DNA of 64,000 nucleotides from Podarcis melisellensis (taxonomy: Eukaryota). Both the position numbers and the translations under genes were made by a program. Below, in pieces: positions 34,600 to 48,157 of this stretch. The stretch lies in the NCBI GenBank assembly GCA_964234715.1, contig OZ174284.1. One strand, 5' to 3'. The notes under the pieces were generated by a model. The model made no database searches, had not been told where the DNA came from, and saw only the letters and a list, made by a program, of their open reading frames with translations. Each line of letters opens with the position of its first letter. The stretch's first letter is position 1.

Positions 34600-35914
34600 C
34601 TATTAAATTCCAAGTCAAAACAGGAATTTGAATCGCTTTAACCCAAAAAATGTAGTATGAGAGTACATATAGCAAGTTACCAATTCAGATTTAATCTAGC
34701 ATATTAAAGTTCAGAAAATGCCCAGAAGCTAGTGTCTTTCAAACCATTTCTCTAATGCACATCTCATATGTTATCTCTAAGTTGGCAGGGACGTGAGCTT
34801 TTTAAGGCTCTTATTGCAAAAGCACATGCAACATGGAAAAAGCCAGTATAATCAGAGACAAACACTGTTAAGGTGTATATTCATGATCCATAAGAGGCAC
34901 TGTGCATGACAGATATAGCCAATGATTTCTTTTCATCTGCAATATCCTAACTTTCCCTCCAGTTTGATTTAAAAAGCAATTATCACTGGAGGAAGAGGAG
35001 AGATGCAGTTACTCCAGCTATATAGAGAACCTTTGGATAGTTTGCAATTGCATGTATGTTATTGGAAGGTGTTAGGTGCAGTGTAAAGCAGATAAAATAT
35101 GTGACCTTTTGCAAAAAGAAAAATCTAGTGAAAAGTATTTTAAGATATTATTTACACCAGAGATCCATCACAAGTAGAAGGAAGGATATAACTTGTCAAA
35201 CCCTTTGGCATCAGGAGATTGAGCATAACTGTACTCTGTAATGGTCACATCCTAATAATAAGCCACAATAATACACTTCTGGACTGAGAGCCACAGCACA
35301 GCTTAACTGGTGGGCAACAGAACAAAGGTTTGATAAGACCCTCCAAGAGTGATAAAAGATTATTAGAATCAGACTTCTCCAAGGTGACTGTTTTGATTTT
35401 TTAACTTTATTGAGGGAGGGGATGAAGTAAAATTTGTATTCACAACTTGCAACCCATGTTCTACATAGACACACTGAAAATTAATTGATGTTCTACCTTC
35501 CTTGCATAAATGTTTCTACTTGCATCTTTCCCCAACTCTGCACTACCTTGCCTTTAGCATCAAAAGCAACTGTAACTGACATTTTCAGGAGGAGGTAAGA
35601 CAACACTGTCTTTCTGATTTAACATTATTATCCTAACTGAAGAGAAAACACCCTGTTCCTCAGTGTGACAGGACTGAAGGCATGCAATGTTCTCTAGTTT
35701 GCACCTGATATGTACGTCTATCTGAACTACGTAAGTCTAAGATTAAAAAGTATTGATTATAAATTTACAAATTTATATTAACAACTGGGAGACCTAGAAC
35801 ATTGTTTGCTACTAACTATATCTGCCCTTGTAAGAAAGAACACAACTGCAGATTTCACACAATAGAACCTTTTAAAGATAGAACAACGCATTAGCCAAAA
35901 TTTAGCATGCTTAC

Positions 35915-35931
35915 TTGTCAATGTCTGCCAT
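35915..35931 (-). CDS. NAP1L1: NAP1L1 coding exon 1 (exon 2 = 35915-35953): MADID(N)
   Basis: ttttctag|GGGTTTTCTGAGGTCTGGGAAA ATG GCA GAC ATT GAC AA|gtaag. Confidence 0.95.
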
Positions 35932-38900
35932 TTTCCCAGACCTCAGAAAACCCCTAGAAAAGAACAGAAAACATTATTTTACATTAAGTTGCAGCTTAAA
36001 CAATAAAGTAAACAGAACAATAAAATAATAAAACAGGATAGGACCCTTTTATAATGCCTTTGGGAAAGAGATATTCAGTCTGAAGTTTTGTCATACTGTC
36101 AATCATTTCATATTCTAACATTACAACTAACGTCGGAGACTGCTTGAAAAAGCTAATGATTGTATGACATTACCACTACTGAAGTCCAATGTGTCTAAAC
36201 TTTGTATTCCCACCCCAAAAACATATACAAAAGGTTTTAAAATTGCTAGGTTTGTGCACATTCTGAATTACAGGACTATTTGTCAGTCAAGAGACAGTAC
36301 AATTTAAGGCAAATTCTTCCACTGCAGCCATCAGATGGAAGACCACTTAAAAGGCTTCTGCATGGAAGACTTAACACAGCGGTCTTACCAGGGCTGATCA
36401 CTCAACCAGCCACCATTTATTTTAAGGTCTCCAATTTCCAGTCGTTTTTGGCTATGTGAGGCATGTCCCATTTCAATTCCTTCTCTGATGTCCATTTCCT
36501 TTTTTTCACAAACCCCTCTCACCCATATCACCTATTTGGTCACATCCTTTCATACTCATATGAAATAATCCTGTACCCAGTGTCACAGGCCTAAGATTCA
36601 GCACATGAAGATACAAGATTTGAAAGTTTCTGCATGATACAAAACCTTTTATATGGCAGTATTTCATGTTATCTGGAAGCACAACTTTAAATACTGTGTG
36701 TAAATACTATTTTGATTTCATAATCTTAGCGTCTTTCTTCTTACATCTCAGGATATATACATTTTGGGGATAAATTGCAGCATTGTGCATTATCAGCATG
36801 AGAAAAATTATGGTGACTCTAAGAAATTCAGGTGTGAACTGCATGGATATAACTGCAGGATCCCTGTGATTATGCTGGCAAAAGAAAAATGTATTGTTAA
36901 GGAAGTGGCTGTCAGCAATTTCCATCTACAACTTGATAAAATGCTTTCTTACAGCAGAAGTGTGGAAACATTCTGGGTCTGTTGACCAAAATAAGTGGTG
37001 CCAAAAATTATGTCAGGTGATTTGATGTTTGGTGCTTTGAGGTCCTGAAGTTGGACTTCAAAGTACCTTGCAGACAAGCAACACACTGATAAAAGGAAAA
37101 GTTCCAATCTCCCAGCACATTGCTGACTTCAGGACTCCAATGCCCAGAATAACCTTTTTCCCCCTTAATGAATGGTGACACAGACCATTCATAACGTAGG
37201 GATATTCTTCACAACTATAAGCAGGGCAATGGGGTGGAGGTAAGCTACATTTAACTAACGTTGCATTTTGGTTCCTGAAATTTATTCCAACTGTGCAGAT
37301 AAATTAGAATTGATAGAATTCTACAGGATGTGGCAGAGGTGTATTAAAACAGTCCAGATCCAATGAACTCTAGGCATGGGCTTCCAGATGGTGAAGATGT
37401 CAGTCAGCCCAGGCATCTTCACGTGGTTGCAAGTGGCCGATGGCCAGGTGCAAAATGAGCTTGGTGAATTTTTAACACTGCTCTTCACTCTTGAGTAGAT
37501 GGTCTGCAAGCCAAGCCATCAGATGCATCTTAAATGGGAGTAACAAAGGCCATGGAAGAACTTCAACTGAGCCTCCTGGAGCACAGGAGTAACTGTTCTT
37601 ATGGTTGGAGTGCAAATATAGAAGCAACAGTGGCATGGCATTGGATTTATCAAGAGTGCCTGAGTCTTCACTATGTGATCAGTGATTGCATCCCAGAGAT
37701 GAGTTGCAACCAGCAACTTCCATTTTCTTTAAAAAATAAAAATATGTAAGGATAAAAAAAGAAGAGTAAGAGATGGGAAAGAGTAGATTCATGATGTACA
37801 ACTGAACCTTGCATCTGGGGGTTAAAAGAATATGGAAATTATTGAAAGTTCTCATTTATTCTTCACAAACTTATGTATCCGCAAGTATGTGACCTTACCA
37901 AATTTTCAACAGTGGTATTCAATAAATGATTCTGCCCCTCATCAAAAACCCTAATATCCACGAATCTTCCAGAACTACAGTTTCTCCATCATTCATTCCT
38001 TCTGCACTGCAGAGCAGGTCATTTAATCTCTCATTGGAATTCTCTATCAGAATTTTCTATCAAGTATTTTCACCCCAGCACTAGGACAGAAGCAGCAGTG
38101 ATATTCAAGAGACCTTCAACAGAGATTCCAGAACAGTTTTCTGCCTTGCCAGAGTTGCTGGCACAAAGTAGCAAGACATGCTGACAGTGCCAGGGCTCAC
38201 TCTGAAGCCTTGCTTGGTAGTGTCATCAGGCTTTACCAATAATGATCAGAACAGCTGCTTATAAAGACCAAACCTAAGTTCAAACTCTCATTTCTTAAGC
38301 ACAGTTAAATATACTTACGTTAAACTTGGAGGACAACTAAAATATTGATAGGAGGAATTAAGTTACAAAAGCACTTCTATATTAATGGAATAAGTGAAAA
38401 TAGATGTAATACAGTAGAAGCAGGTTCTCAGCCAAATGAACAGCCCGTTTCATCCTGAAATGTCAGAATATGAACACTTGCTAACAAAAAATTGGGTTAG
38501 GCACGAGCCCTGTCACTTCCTGCATATTTCATTGCATGTAGGATGTCCTTTTTTAATATAAAAAAAGACCATGACATATACATAAGATTTTTAAAGTGCA
38601 AAACCATGGCTAGATTTTTCTAGGGGGTAAAATCAATCTGCACAATGCTCAAGTCTGCAAAGACTTGGGGTAAAGGAAGACATAACAGTGATTTCCCCCT
38701 CCCCTCCCTTGAAATTCTCCTCACAGCTTTCAACTGGACTGGACTTTTCCTCTTTGAACTCTTGGGTGGATGGGGAGTAAATTTCAAGTTTGTGACAGGT
38801 AGCTGTCTTACTTAGTGAAAACATTGTAGTTGGATGGGCTTCTATAAAACTATTCCTGGTACAAGTTTATTCTTTAGAAAGCAATCTGCAGAAGTTAATG

Positions 38901-40020
38901 TATTTCAAACAATAACATTCATACTTTGTCATTGCTGTTAGCTTCAACCTGCTAGAAAATGATAATTAACATAAGCATGGTACCTCCCTCTTTAGCTTTG
39001 AAGCAATCTTATCTGAGATGCTCTTGGGCAGAAGGGAGAAAAAGTATTGTTATATATAGCTTATGGTTTGAAGTCTAAAGGCAGCTTAAGAAATGAAAAT
39101 GAAGATGAATGCAAGACAGCATATTTGGTTAAACACAAAGGATTCCCAGATCCAAAGTTGCTTCAAATGTAATTCTATCTACTCTTTTCATATGAATTTC
39201 TTTTTTTAAAGTAAACACCTACATATTTGACAGGGCAATTTGCTAAGATGGTATGTCAACCGAAATGTACTAAAGAACACATCTAAACATTAAATGGTAT
39301 AGAAATATTAGTTTCTAAAACCATGGGGGTGGGGGGATAAAATGTATTTCCTAAAAGAGACTTTAAAATATTTGGAATAATTTTCCCCAAATATTTTATG
39401 TACATGTTAAAATGGTCTCCCTCTACAGTCCTCTACTATCCTCCCATGAGCTCTTGAGGGTCATCCAACATCCAGAGCAGGTTTTGGGGGCACATTGGGT
39501 CTGCAGGGGACCAAAAGGAAGGGTAAGTCCCACCTGAATGAGCAGAAGTCAATTTACAAGCATGCTGATGCTACTAGATTCATATCTAGTTTATGTATAA
39601 AATAGTACAGTATTTGGATAGACTTATGAAAAAAATACTGAAAATTACTACAACATGCCAGAAATAAGATTTGTATGCTGCTGTACCCTAGCATGAACAA
39701 GACTAATATTCCCAGTTAGTAAATAGAAAATACATCAATAAAGTGAAAATAAAAACCATCAGTACTGTGAGCAACTAAAATGTGTATTATTGAGAAATAG
39801 AAATAGTATGCAGACCTAAAGATAAAACACCCTGAAAATTAATATTTCTATGATGTAACAAACAGGTCCTGTTAAGAAAAAAAAATCAGTAATGATCCAA
39901 ACTTTATTACTGCCATTACACCCTTTAAGATGACAGTATCTCACACAGAAAATTATTTCAGTGGATGCCCCATAGAATACACAGCTCATATACTACACTA
40001 CCTAAAATCCAAAACTTGTA

Positions 40021-40225
40021 CAGTGGTACCTCAGGTTACGAACTTAATTCGTTCCGGAAGTCCATTCTTAACCCAAGGCGCATATTGCCTACATAGGCCC
40101 CGGAAGCGGATTACGTTCGTATCCAGGGGCAAAGTTCGCAACCCGGAACACCTACTTCCGAGTTTGCAGAGTTCTTAACCCGAAGCATTCGTAAGCAGGA
40201 CGGTTCGTAACCCAAGGTACCACTG
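40021..40225. mobile_element. Tc1/mariner MITE, second subfamily
   Basis: TA|CAGTGGTACCT...AGGTACCACTG|TA with a different internal sequence. Confidence 0.88.
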
Positions 40226-41116
40226 TATTCCAATTCACTTGCACCAGGAAATCAAAATGACCATAACTTTGTTTTTTACCTAGGTGCATGAAATCTGGAG
40301 ATAGAATAGCTTCTCAAAAGGAGATTAACCCCGCCAAATTTAAGACTAGTACCTCTAGGGGTTTTGTGCTAACCATCTCTGAAGTTTGCTTTTTTGAAAA
40401 AAAATTAAAATGCTGATGTATGCGCTATTATACTGTATGTGTGCTCCTTGTGTACCGACTACACACAATGTACTTTGAAGACTTACCAACACAAAAGCAC
40501 AAATAGACACAGAAAACAGAATACCGATGTAAATAAAATGCAATCCTAACCTTAAAAAACTAGGGTCCAAATGGGAGGGGTGTGTGACACAGCTTAAGTA
40601 GCTAAGACAAAGACAAATATGTTTTTGTTATTGTGTAGGTATGGGACTGGGATTGATCAAGAAAGAATGGAAAACGAATAAGCCTAAGGATAGGTAGAGT
40701 ACTGTGCAGGAAAAAGAACATAAATGCCACCAAACTACTACTAAGAGTCAGAACTCCTAAGAGACAATGCTGGATGAGATTCTGACCCTTAATGAGCAAT
40801 GTCCTGCTCCTCTCCCGCTCCTACCTGACTTGGATGTTCTCCTTATATGATGTTGCAATAATTGCACAACTTTGGGGGCAGTCTATATGGAGTTTTGAGA
40901 GACTGTTTTGAGCTCTAGATCAGCACATATCACTACAAATCAATTTGGGTCTACCTGACATGTTCTATAGCTGCCTTGACCCTATCCTGATTCAGCACAA
41001 ATCAGTCTGATTCAGTGTGGGATTCAAACAAGTCTGTTGTTCAATCCTAGCTGGGAATGTTACAAATTGCACTCCATATATCTGACAACTATGTTTGCTA
41101 CCTCTGTTAAGAACTA

Positions 41117-41330
41117 CAGTCATACCTCGGGTTACAGACGCTTCAGGTAGCGTGTTTTTTTTGGGGGGGTTACGGACGCGCCAAAACCTGGAAGTACTGG
41201 AACGGGTTACTTCCAGGTCTCGGCGGTCGCACATGTGCAGAAGCACTGAATCACAACCCGTGCATGCACATGCACGGGGCTGCGGACGTGCCTCCCGCAT
41301 GGATCACGTTCGCAACTTGAGCGTCCACTG
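41117..41330. mobile_element. Tc1/mariner MITE, third subfamily
   Basis: TA|CAGTCATACCTCGGGTTAC...GAGCGTCCACTG, imperfect TIRs. Confidence 0.75.
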
Positions 41331-42142
41331 CATTTCCTAGAGCTTCCAAACTGAACAAGGGACTGCTGCCAATCATTTAGAAGTAACAAAGTATATTCAA
41401 GAACAGTACACTAGAACCCTCTCAGATGCATTCAATCAACATGCAGTAGGTTAAATGTTCCAACAGGCATTTCAATGTAAAGGGGGGTAGCCTCTAGAAG
41501 TGGACAAAGGCAAAGGACAACTTGAGGAGCAGTATGCACCTAATTCCTCCACCTCCAACTTTCATACATTATATTCCCTTCTTGGTATTCAAGGGAACTG
41601 AAAGACAAAGGCATCTAAGTGCCCCCTCCTTACTTGTTTTCTGAGACTTTCCCCAAACATTTTGGTCACAGCTCACACAATCCTTACAACGTAAAAATAG
41701 AATTCCTGCCAATATAATCAATAGAGAAGGATTGGAAATAATTTTATACTTAATTGAACTATGAAAACAAACTCGTATCAGGAGACCTTACTGGTGAATA
41801 GAACAAGCTGTGACATTGTACTGTGCTACCAGTATGTTAAAAAGACTAGCAGAAATACATACACCAGTCATCGAAGTGTAAAAAGTGCTGCTTTCAAGAT
41901 GGTAAAAAGAGACCTGGAATTACTTTGTCAACAAAAAAGAACTGCTAAAGAACAAATAAAAGTGTTTGGACATAGAAGAGTCATATGAACTAAAGGCAGA
42001 ACACCTTCATAGCAGGTGTGGCTGTATTTTGGTCTCAGTGTTTGGCCAGTTCTGACTAGTTTGCTACTAGTCTACCTAGTGTCACCTTCTTTCAACAATT
42101 TTTACCCATATTAAGCAGTTTTATAGTAGATAGGGATGCACT

Positions 42143-42390
42143 AGAGCCAGTGTGGTGTAGTGGTTAAGAGTGGTAGACTCATAATCTGATGAACCAGGTT
42201 CGCTCTCCGCTCCTCCACATGCAGCTGCTGGGTGACCCTGGACTAGTCACACTTCTTTGAAGCCCCAGCCCCACTCACCTCACAGAGTGTTTGTTGTGGG
42301 GGAGGAAGGGAAAGGAGATTGTTAGCCGCTTTGAGACACCTTCGGGTAGTGATAAAGCGGGATATCAAATCCAAACTCCTCCCCTTCTTT
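42143..42390 (+). mobile_element. tRNA-derived SINE (Squam3-like)
   Basis: Reverse-complement match to 15137-15390. Confidence 0.85.
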
Positions 42391-44199
42391 TTTTCTCTAC
42401 TGGGTTGGATAAAATTATTACATCCCTGTACTATAATTCCAAAATGCAGTCTAACTTCCATGCATTGACCCTGATACACAAGTTTCATTAAGTATCACTT
42501 CTGTTGATGCTATGAGTCTGGTGAAGTCACTGTACTAAGGTACTAGGACTGTCATTCATTTAAAGGCACATGCACGGTGTCATTTGCAACCTTCCGAGAC
42601 AAGGTAAGATAGAAACCTCAAAGCAGACCACAAGCACATGCAGGGATCCCCCCCCATGCACAAGTGCCCTGCATCCTCATGGCACACATGCATGGGAACA
42701 CAGAAAATGGAGGTCTGTGCAGAACTCCAAAACTCCTGTTCAGCTCCCCTCACGTGAATGTTTATTATTTACTTTATTAAATCATAGTTTATTAAATCCT
42801 GAATCACAGGAACACCTGAAGGGTCACTTTTGCAATTCTTATTTGAACTACACAGTGGTAAGTAATATCAATTATATGCCCCTTCCAATTTTGAGCCTTA
42901 TGAGATATGCAAGCCAAGCATGGTTAATCCTATGCACACCTATGTGGAATTAAGCCACAATGCATTCACTAACAGCACAATCCTATATATGTCTACTCAG
43001 AAGTAAGTCCCACCAAGTTCACCAGGGCTTGCTCCTAATTAACTGCTAAAAGAATTCCAGTTTTACACCTCTATTAAAACACACACAATGGGAATCTGTT
43101 AAACTGAGACTTTGTTATTCTGAATGTTTTATCACTGTCTGCTATGAATATCTGAATAACATGGGGAACAAAGTGCTTTACAATTCTGCGAATCCACCCT
43201 CAAACACCTTAATATTCCCAACTTACAGAAGAGTAACTGAAGCAGAGACTGGTGACTTGCTTGAGGTTACCAACAAATCTATAGCATGTTTTTACACTGC
43301 CTATACTGCTGTAGCAAATATACTAAGGCCACAAAAATTGACATTAGCGTCCATACACAAAATTTAATATTAGGTCAGACACACAACATGGAGCCTAGAA
43401 GGGTCACTTTTGATCTTTAAAATCCCTGTTTGTGAAAAACTCAACATCCATTGTTCAATGAGATCTTCAAGGTAAATATGAACCTTGAAACCTACTGTTT
43501 GAAATCCAAGCCAATTTTAAAGCCTGATTTGCTTGGTATTTACAATTTAAGAAAAGCCACCAACTCCAGCAGAGTGTCAGGCCTTGTCAGCACTTATCTG
43601 ACCATCTACAGGCTGTTGCTGGATGTTAAACAAAGACTACAGAAAACAGCCATGTCTGGAAGGTCTTCGTTCCACAACAAGCTTTTCCACTTAGCCAGCC
43701 TATCATTACAGAGACAAATCCGTCTTTTGCTGCCTTTTCAGACCCACTTTTAACCTAACCCACAACACGGACTCTTCTTTTAATATTTTACATGGCACGT
43801 CTCTCGGTACCCGTAATCCACCGCTTCAAGAAGAGACCCACCTTGAATCAGACGCAACCCACGTGCGATGATCCATCTGCCAGTTGAAAACCAAGGCGGC
43901 AGTGGGCAGTACCTTCAAGACCGTAAGCCTCCCTGCCTCCGCCCAGCGTCATTCCCCGTGCCCTCGTCTTCAGTGCAACCCACCCAGGCGACTGTAAACT
44001 AACCATATAAAAAGAAAACCTCGGGTTTTGTGGCACCTTTAAAAAACCACACCTAATAATGGACGTTTGGAATAATTTAAAGGCAGCACAACTACCCCCC
44101 GAGCCAGAAACGGCCGGTTATTTATTACACTTAGTTGACACCTCAAAAAGAGCAAAACGCCCATTTTTATTCACACGCACTCACCCTGCGGGCTTTCAA

Positions 44200-45720
44200 T
44201 CTCCAAAAGCGACAAGAAGGGCACACAAAATGCGGGAAACCGAGGCCAGCGGTTGTTTACTACCCGGCCAGGCTCCGCCGGGGGGGGGGGGAGCCTTTCC
44301 TCGAGCAGCACCCAGCCCTCCCGGAGCTGCTCTGGCCGGTCTCGCCTCTCCTCCGAACAGAAGGAAGCGTGGAGGGACTCTCAACCTTCCCGCCACAAGC
44401 GCCCCCCCCCTCCAAGCCCTGCCCAGGCGCGGTGCCTCCCCTTCCCCATCGGGCCCTCCGCTTCCCTCCCGCTCCTCCGCCCTCCCAACCCGCCACAGTC
44501 GCCGCGAGGCTTATTTACGTATCGGCACCACAGCGCCGCGGCTCCTTTCTCCTCAACATGCCCGGGGCGGGCGGGCGGGCGGGGAGGCGGAGGCCGCCCA
44601 GCCAGAGCCCCGTCTCGTCCCCACGTGCTCGCCTGTGGCTCAGCCGGCCAGACTAGGCCAAGCCGGGGCGGCCCGCTTGACCGCAGCCTCGCCCCGAGGG
44701 AGAAGCGGAGACGGGCGGGCCTTTCCCCGCACGTACTGCCCCCCACGGCGCCCCATCGAGGACGGCCACGGTGGGGGAATGTTCCCCGCCAGCCGAGGGG
44801 CCGCCGGAGAAGGGGGCCGCCTCTGCTCCCTCCCTATTTTCTCCCCCTCCCTCCCTCCCTCCGCCTCAGAGCAGAGCGCGAGATCCCCTCCAAGCCAGGG
44901 CAGAGGCTCCCCCTCCCTCCCCCGCTACCAACCGCCTCCTATTGTAACAGGCGGCCCCCACCCTCCGAGCCCACGCGCCCCGCTTACACCTACCTGCGCG
45001 AGGCCGGGTCTCGCAGTGACTCAGGAGCGAGGGAGAAGCGCCGCGCGGCTGGCGGTAAAAAGACCCGAGCTCCCGCCGCTCGCGCTCATATAGAATTAAC
45101 GTCACCACGTAACATCCCCCCCCTCCTCCTCCTCCCTGTCCTTCCCCTCCCCTTCCTCTTCCCGCGCGCCCCTGTCTCCAGGCAACCCCGTGCGTGCGCG
45201 CGCCTTGGAACAGCGAGCCTTGCTGCCTAGTGACAAGCGACGGGCTCTTCTTTCCTCTCGCCTCTCTTTCTTTCTCTCTCTCTCGCCCGCCAATCAGCCT
45301 GCCAACCAAAGTCCCAGCCAACCACCTCGGCCCGGGCGCGAGCCAGGCCTTGGGCACGCCACAGGCAAGGCCACGTGGTCCCGGGTTCCCTGGGACAAAC
45401 AACAGAGCGCGAGCGCGCTTGGGTGTGTGGAGCGTGTGCGTGGAGTTGGGGGGGAGGAAGTGAAAGGGGAGGGAGGATTGCAGCGCCGCGAGCCCGGGCT
45501 GACGGGCAGTTGGCAAGGAAAGGGAGAGCTGAGAGCTTGGGGCGCGCCTTGGGTGGTTCCCTCCGGCCCTGCGTGACGGCCAGCCTGGCTAATCCTGGCC
45601 ACAGACTGAGCAGAGCTTCAAGCACATCCTGCCTGCGTCTTTTCTGTGCGCTTGCAGCCATCGTGTGTACAGAGAGGCGGTGGGAAGGGGCCACACTCAA
45701 GCGCATGCACAGGCGCTGTA
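44200..45720. promoter_or_regulatory. CpG island / NAP1L1 promoter
   Basis: GC- and CpG-rich. TATA-like TATATGA at 45092-45086, CRE-like TGACGTTA at 45104-45097, E-boxes CACGTG near 44622 and 45372, CCAAT near 45290, GC boxes. Confidence 0.9.
44994..45062 (-). other. NAP1L1: NAP1L1 non-coding exon 1 (5' UTR, 5'TOP-like start)
   Basis: Begins at a TCT initiator (T|CTTTTTACC) 30 nt downstream of TATATGA and ends at CAG|GTAGGT. A second donor GGT|GTAAGC lies 6 nt further on. Contains AP-1 TGAGTCA at 45017-45023. Confidence 0.75.
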
Positions 45721-46249
45721 CACAGTACTGTATATATATATATTGTGTGTGTGTGTGTTAGAGAGAGAGAGCCCATTTTCCATTCTGTCCCATTTTGGCG
45801 CTGACTTGGTCAATATTGCCATGTTGACCTGTTCACCATCATCATTGCTACCATCCACAGACACGGTGCATTACAAAGTGTAAGAAGACAGATCTCTGCC
45901 CCGAAGAGTTTCCAGTTTGATACAGGAGAGGTTTCAGAGGAAGATGGAGCCAGGAGTATAAAATGTGTTTATTTCAGTACTTAAGCTTGATTACAGGTCA
46001 GTGTGAAATAAATTGTCCAGGCTTCACTCAAAAAAGTGGGGTTTGAGAGCGATTTCAAGGAAATAACGCAGGTGTCCTTTTGGGTTTGAGTTCTAGGCCA
46101 AAGGGTCAGCAAGGGACAAAGGATTGACTCATTTGAGGAAGCTGGAGACTTGGGACAATTGAGGATTATGGAGATGAGCAAGTGAAGGTTATAGGGCGCC
46201 ATTTTATCGCCAATGCTTTTAAACAGCTTTATAAATCTGGTGGAAGCTT

Positions 46250-47210
46250 CATTAGGAGTTTTTGGGTGAGAAAGCATCAGTATGCCAATGACACTCAGCT
46301 CTACTTCTCTATTACATCTGAATCAGGTGAGACTGTGCAAGCCCTGGACCAATGCCAGGATGCAGTGGTGGGATGGATGGGGGCCAATAAACAAAGTTTG
46401 AGTCCTGGTAAGATGGAGGCACAGTGAGTGAGTGGTTTCTGTGTTTAGGAGACAGGTAAAGTGCCTATCCTCAATGGGCTTATGCTAAGGAAACAGGTCT
46501 GAAGTATGGAGGTCCTTTTGCATCCATCTTTATCACTAGAGGCCCAAGCGGTCTCAGTGGCTAGGATCACCTTCTATAAACTTCATCTGGTAAAACAACT
46601 GCAGCCATTCCTGGATCAAGATTAGCTTGGTCTCTGTGCTGCATGCATTGGTAATCTCAAAATTACACTACTACTTTATGTGGGACTTCCCTTGTGTTTG
46701 GTTGAGAAGCCACAAATTGTGTAAAATGCAACTGTCTGGCTGCTGGTGGGGGATTCCCATCAATAGTTTAACAGCACTTCTGTATAAGGATCTGCATTGG
46801 TCGTCTAAATGTTAATGGACCAAATTCCAGGTATTGCTAGAAGTATATAAAACCCTGAACAGGCTGGGACCAGTTAACTGAGGTACTGCCTTGCCCCATA
46901 TAAATTTGCTCCATCATTACATTCAGCCAGGGAGGCACGGTTAAGGGTGCCACGTGATGTTTGCATTGCTTCTACAAAGCAGAGGACGTTTAGTGTCTGC
47001 ACACACTAAGCTTCTTGCCTATTACTCTTTAGCAGGAATCATTTCGTTTCAGATGGCTACTTAAGTCTACTTAAGGATTTTTAAGATGTATAGCTCAACC
47101 ATCAGTTACTGTGCATCATTGTCCAGGTATTGGCTAAGTTTTTTTGCAGCTTTATGGATATGTTATGTTCACCTAGATATTTTTGTCCTGGACATAAGTA
47201 AATAAATAGG
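46250..47210 (+). mobile_element. Old L2 LINE fragment (RT end to tail)
   Basis: HQYANDTQLYFS is a decayed YADDTQLY RT motif; later ...LYKDLHW; ends with taaataaata; frameshifted. Confidence 0.8.
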
Positions 47211-48116
47211 CAGGGATGTACAGGATTCAAAAGCAGAGCAATCAGAAAGGGGCAAGGCTATGAAGATTCTAAGCAGAGGTGTTGCATGTCAAAGCAGAGT
47301 GCTGAATAGACAGGAGGAGACCAAGGTGAGAACAGAAGACAGGAGAAATTTGCAGTGCTCGGACATAACATCTTGATTTTTTAGTGTTAGGTATTGTGGG
47401 GACTCTCATATTCAGACTTTCTTCTGATCAGTTTCCTGAACTGCATATGTACTGTGTCCAGCTTTTTATCTGTTGTAGAAATGCCTTAACAGTGCTGATA
47501 CCACCATTACAGAGTGCTTGTGAGCCCAAAGAGTGCATTCCCTTCACCCCCTTGAACAGCCACAGCCTAATTCACATCTGGTGAATCAGGAGCAATAACC
47601 AGATGGTTTCAAAGCAAGCTTGAGCCCTGCTGCTTTCTACTACTGAGCAGTTAGGCTCAAAATACTCCTGACATCAAGCCTTAATTTGCAGTAGGACTCA
47701 GCACCAGCATTGACTTTGTTTCAGGATCGGGAATGGCACACACCTTTGTGAATTTTAAGTATTTACGTCTGCTGTATCCTGTCCACATCAGTGCATGACT
47801 TAGTGTGCCTGTTTTGCATATGTAGGTCCTCCCCCTTTCTTAATGCTTCCCACTGGGTATCTGCTTCACCTCATTGAGCGTATGTACAAATCACAAAGTA
47901 CAGCAGGGATTTTGGAATTGTATGCCCACATGAAGTTCACTGTTGTACAGTTGTCACTGTCTGCCCACACTTATAACTCATGCAGCACCTATGGTAGCGG
48001 ATGGAGGTGACTGCTGGACCTGAATTTTTTTTTTTTCATGGTGGAGTAGAACTTATGCTTCATTGAAAAGCCTGGCATGCCTCTATTATTGGTTGCACAA
48101 TAACTCACACAGCGTG

Positions 48117-48153
<37 letters not shown>

Positions 48154-48157
48154 TGTG
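48117..48157. repeat. (CT)n(GT)n compound microsatellite
   Basis: Directly visible; similar compound repeats at 45730-45770 and 62009-62035. Confidence 0.9.

Larger units (their letters stand above)
20843..45062 (-). other. NAP1L1: NAP1L1 gene span (predicted TSS to stop codon); nucleosome assembly protein 1-like 1, 393 aa
   Basis: 14 coding exons sum to 1182 nt (393 aa plus stop). Every junction is GT-AG and phase-consistent. Protein runs MADIDNKEQAELDQQD...KKDQNPAECKQQ. Confidence 0.97.

Noticed and set aside
44059-45761. Multiple long ORFs (up to 344 aa) over the NAP1L1 promoter
   Set aside because: Pro/Arg/Gly/Ala-rich in all frames with no domain; stop-codon depletion in a CpG island explains them.
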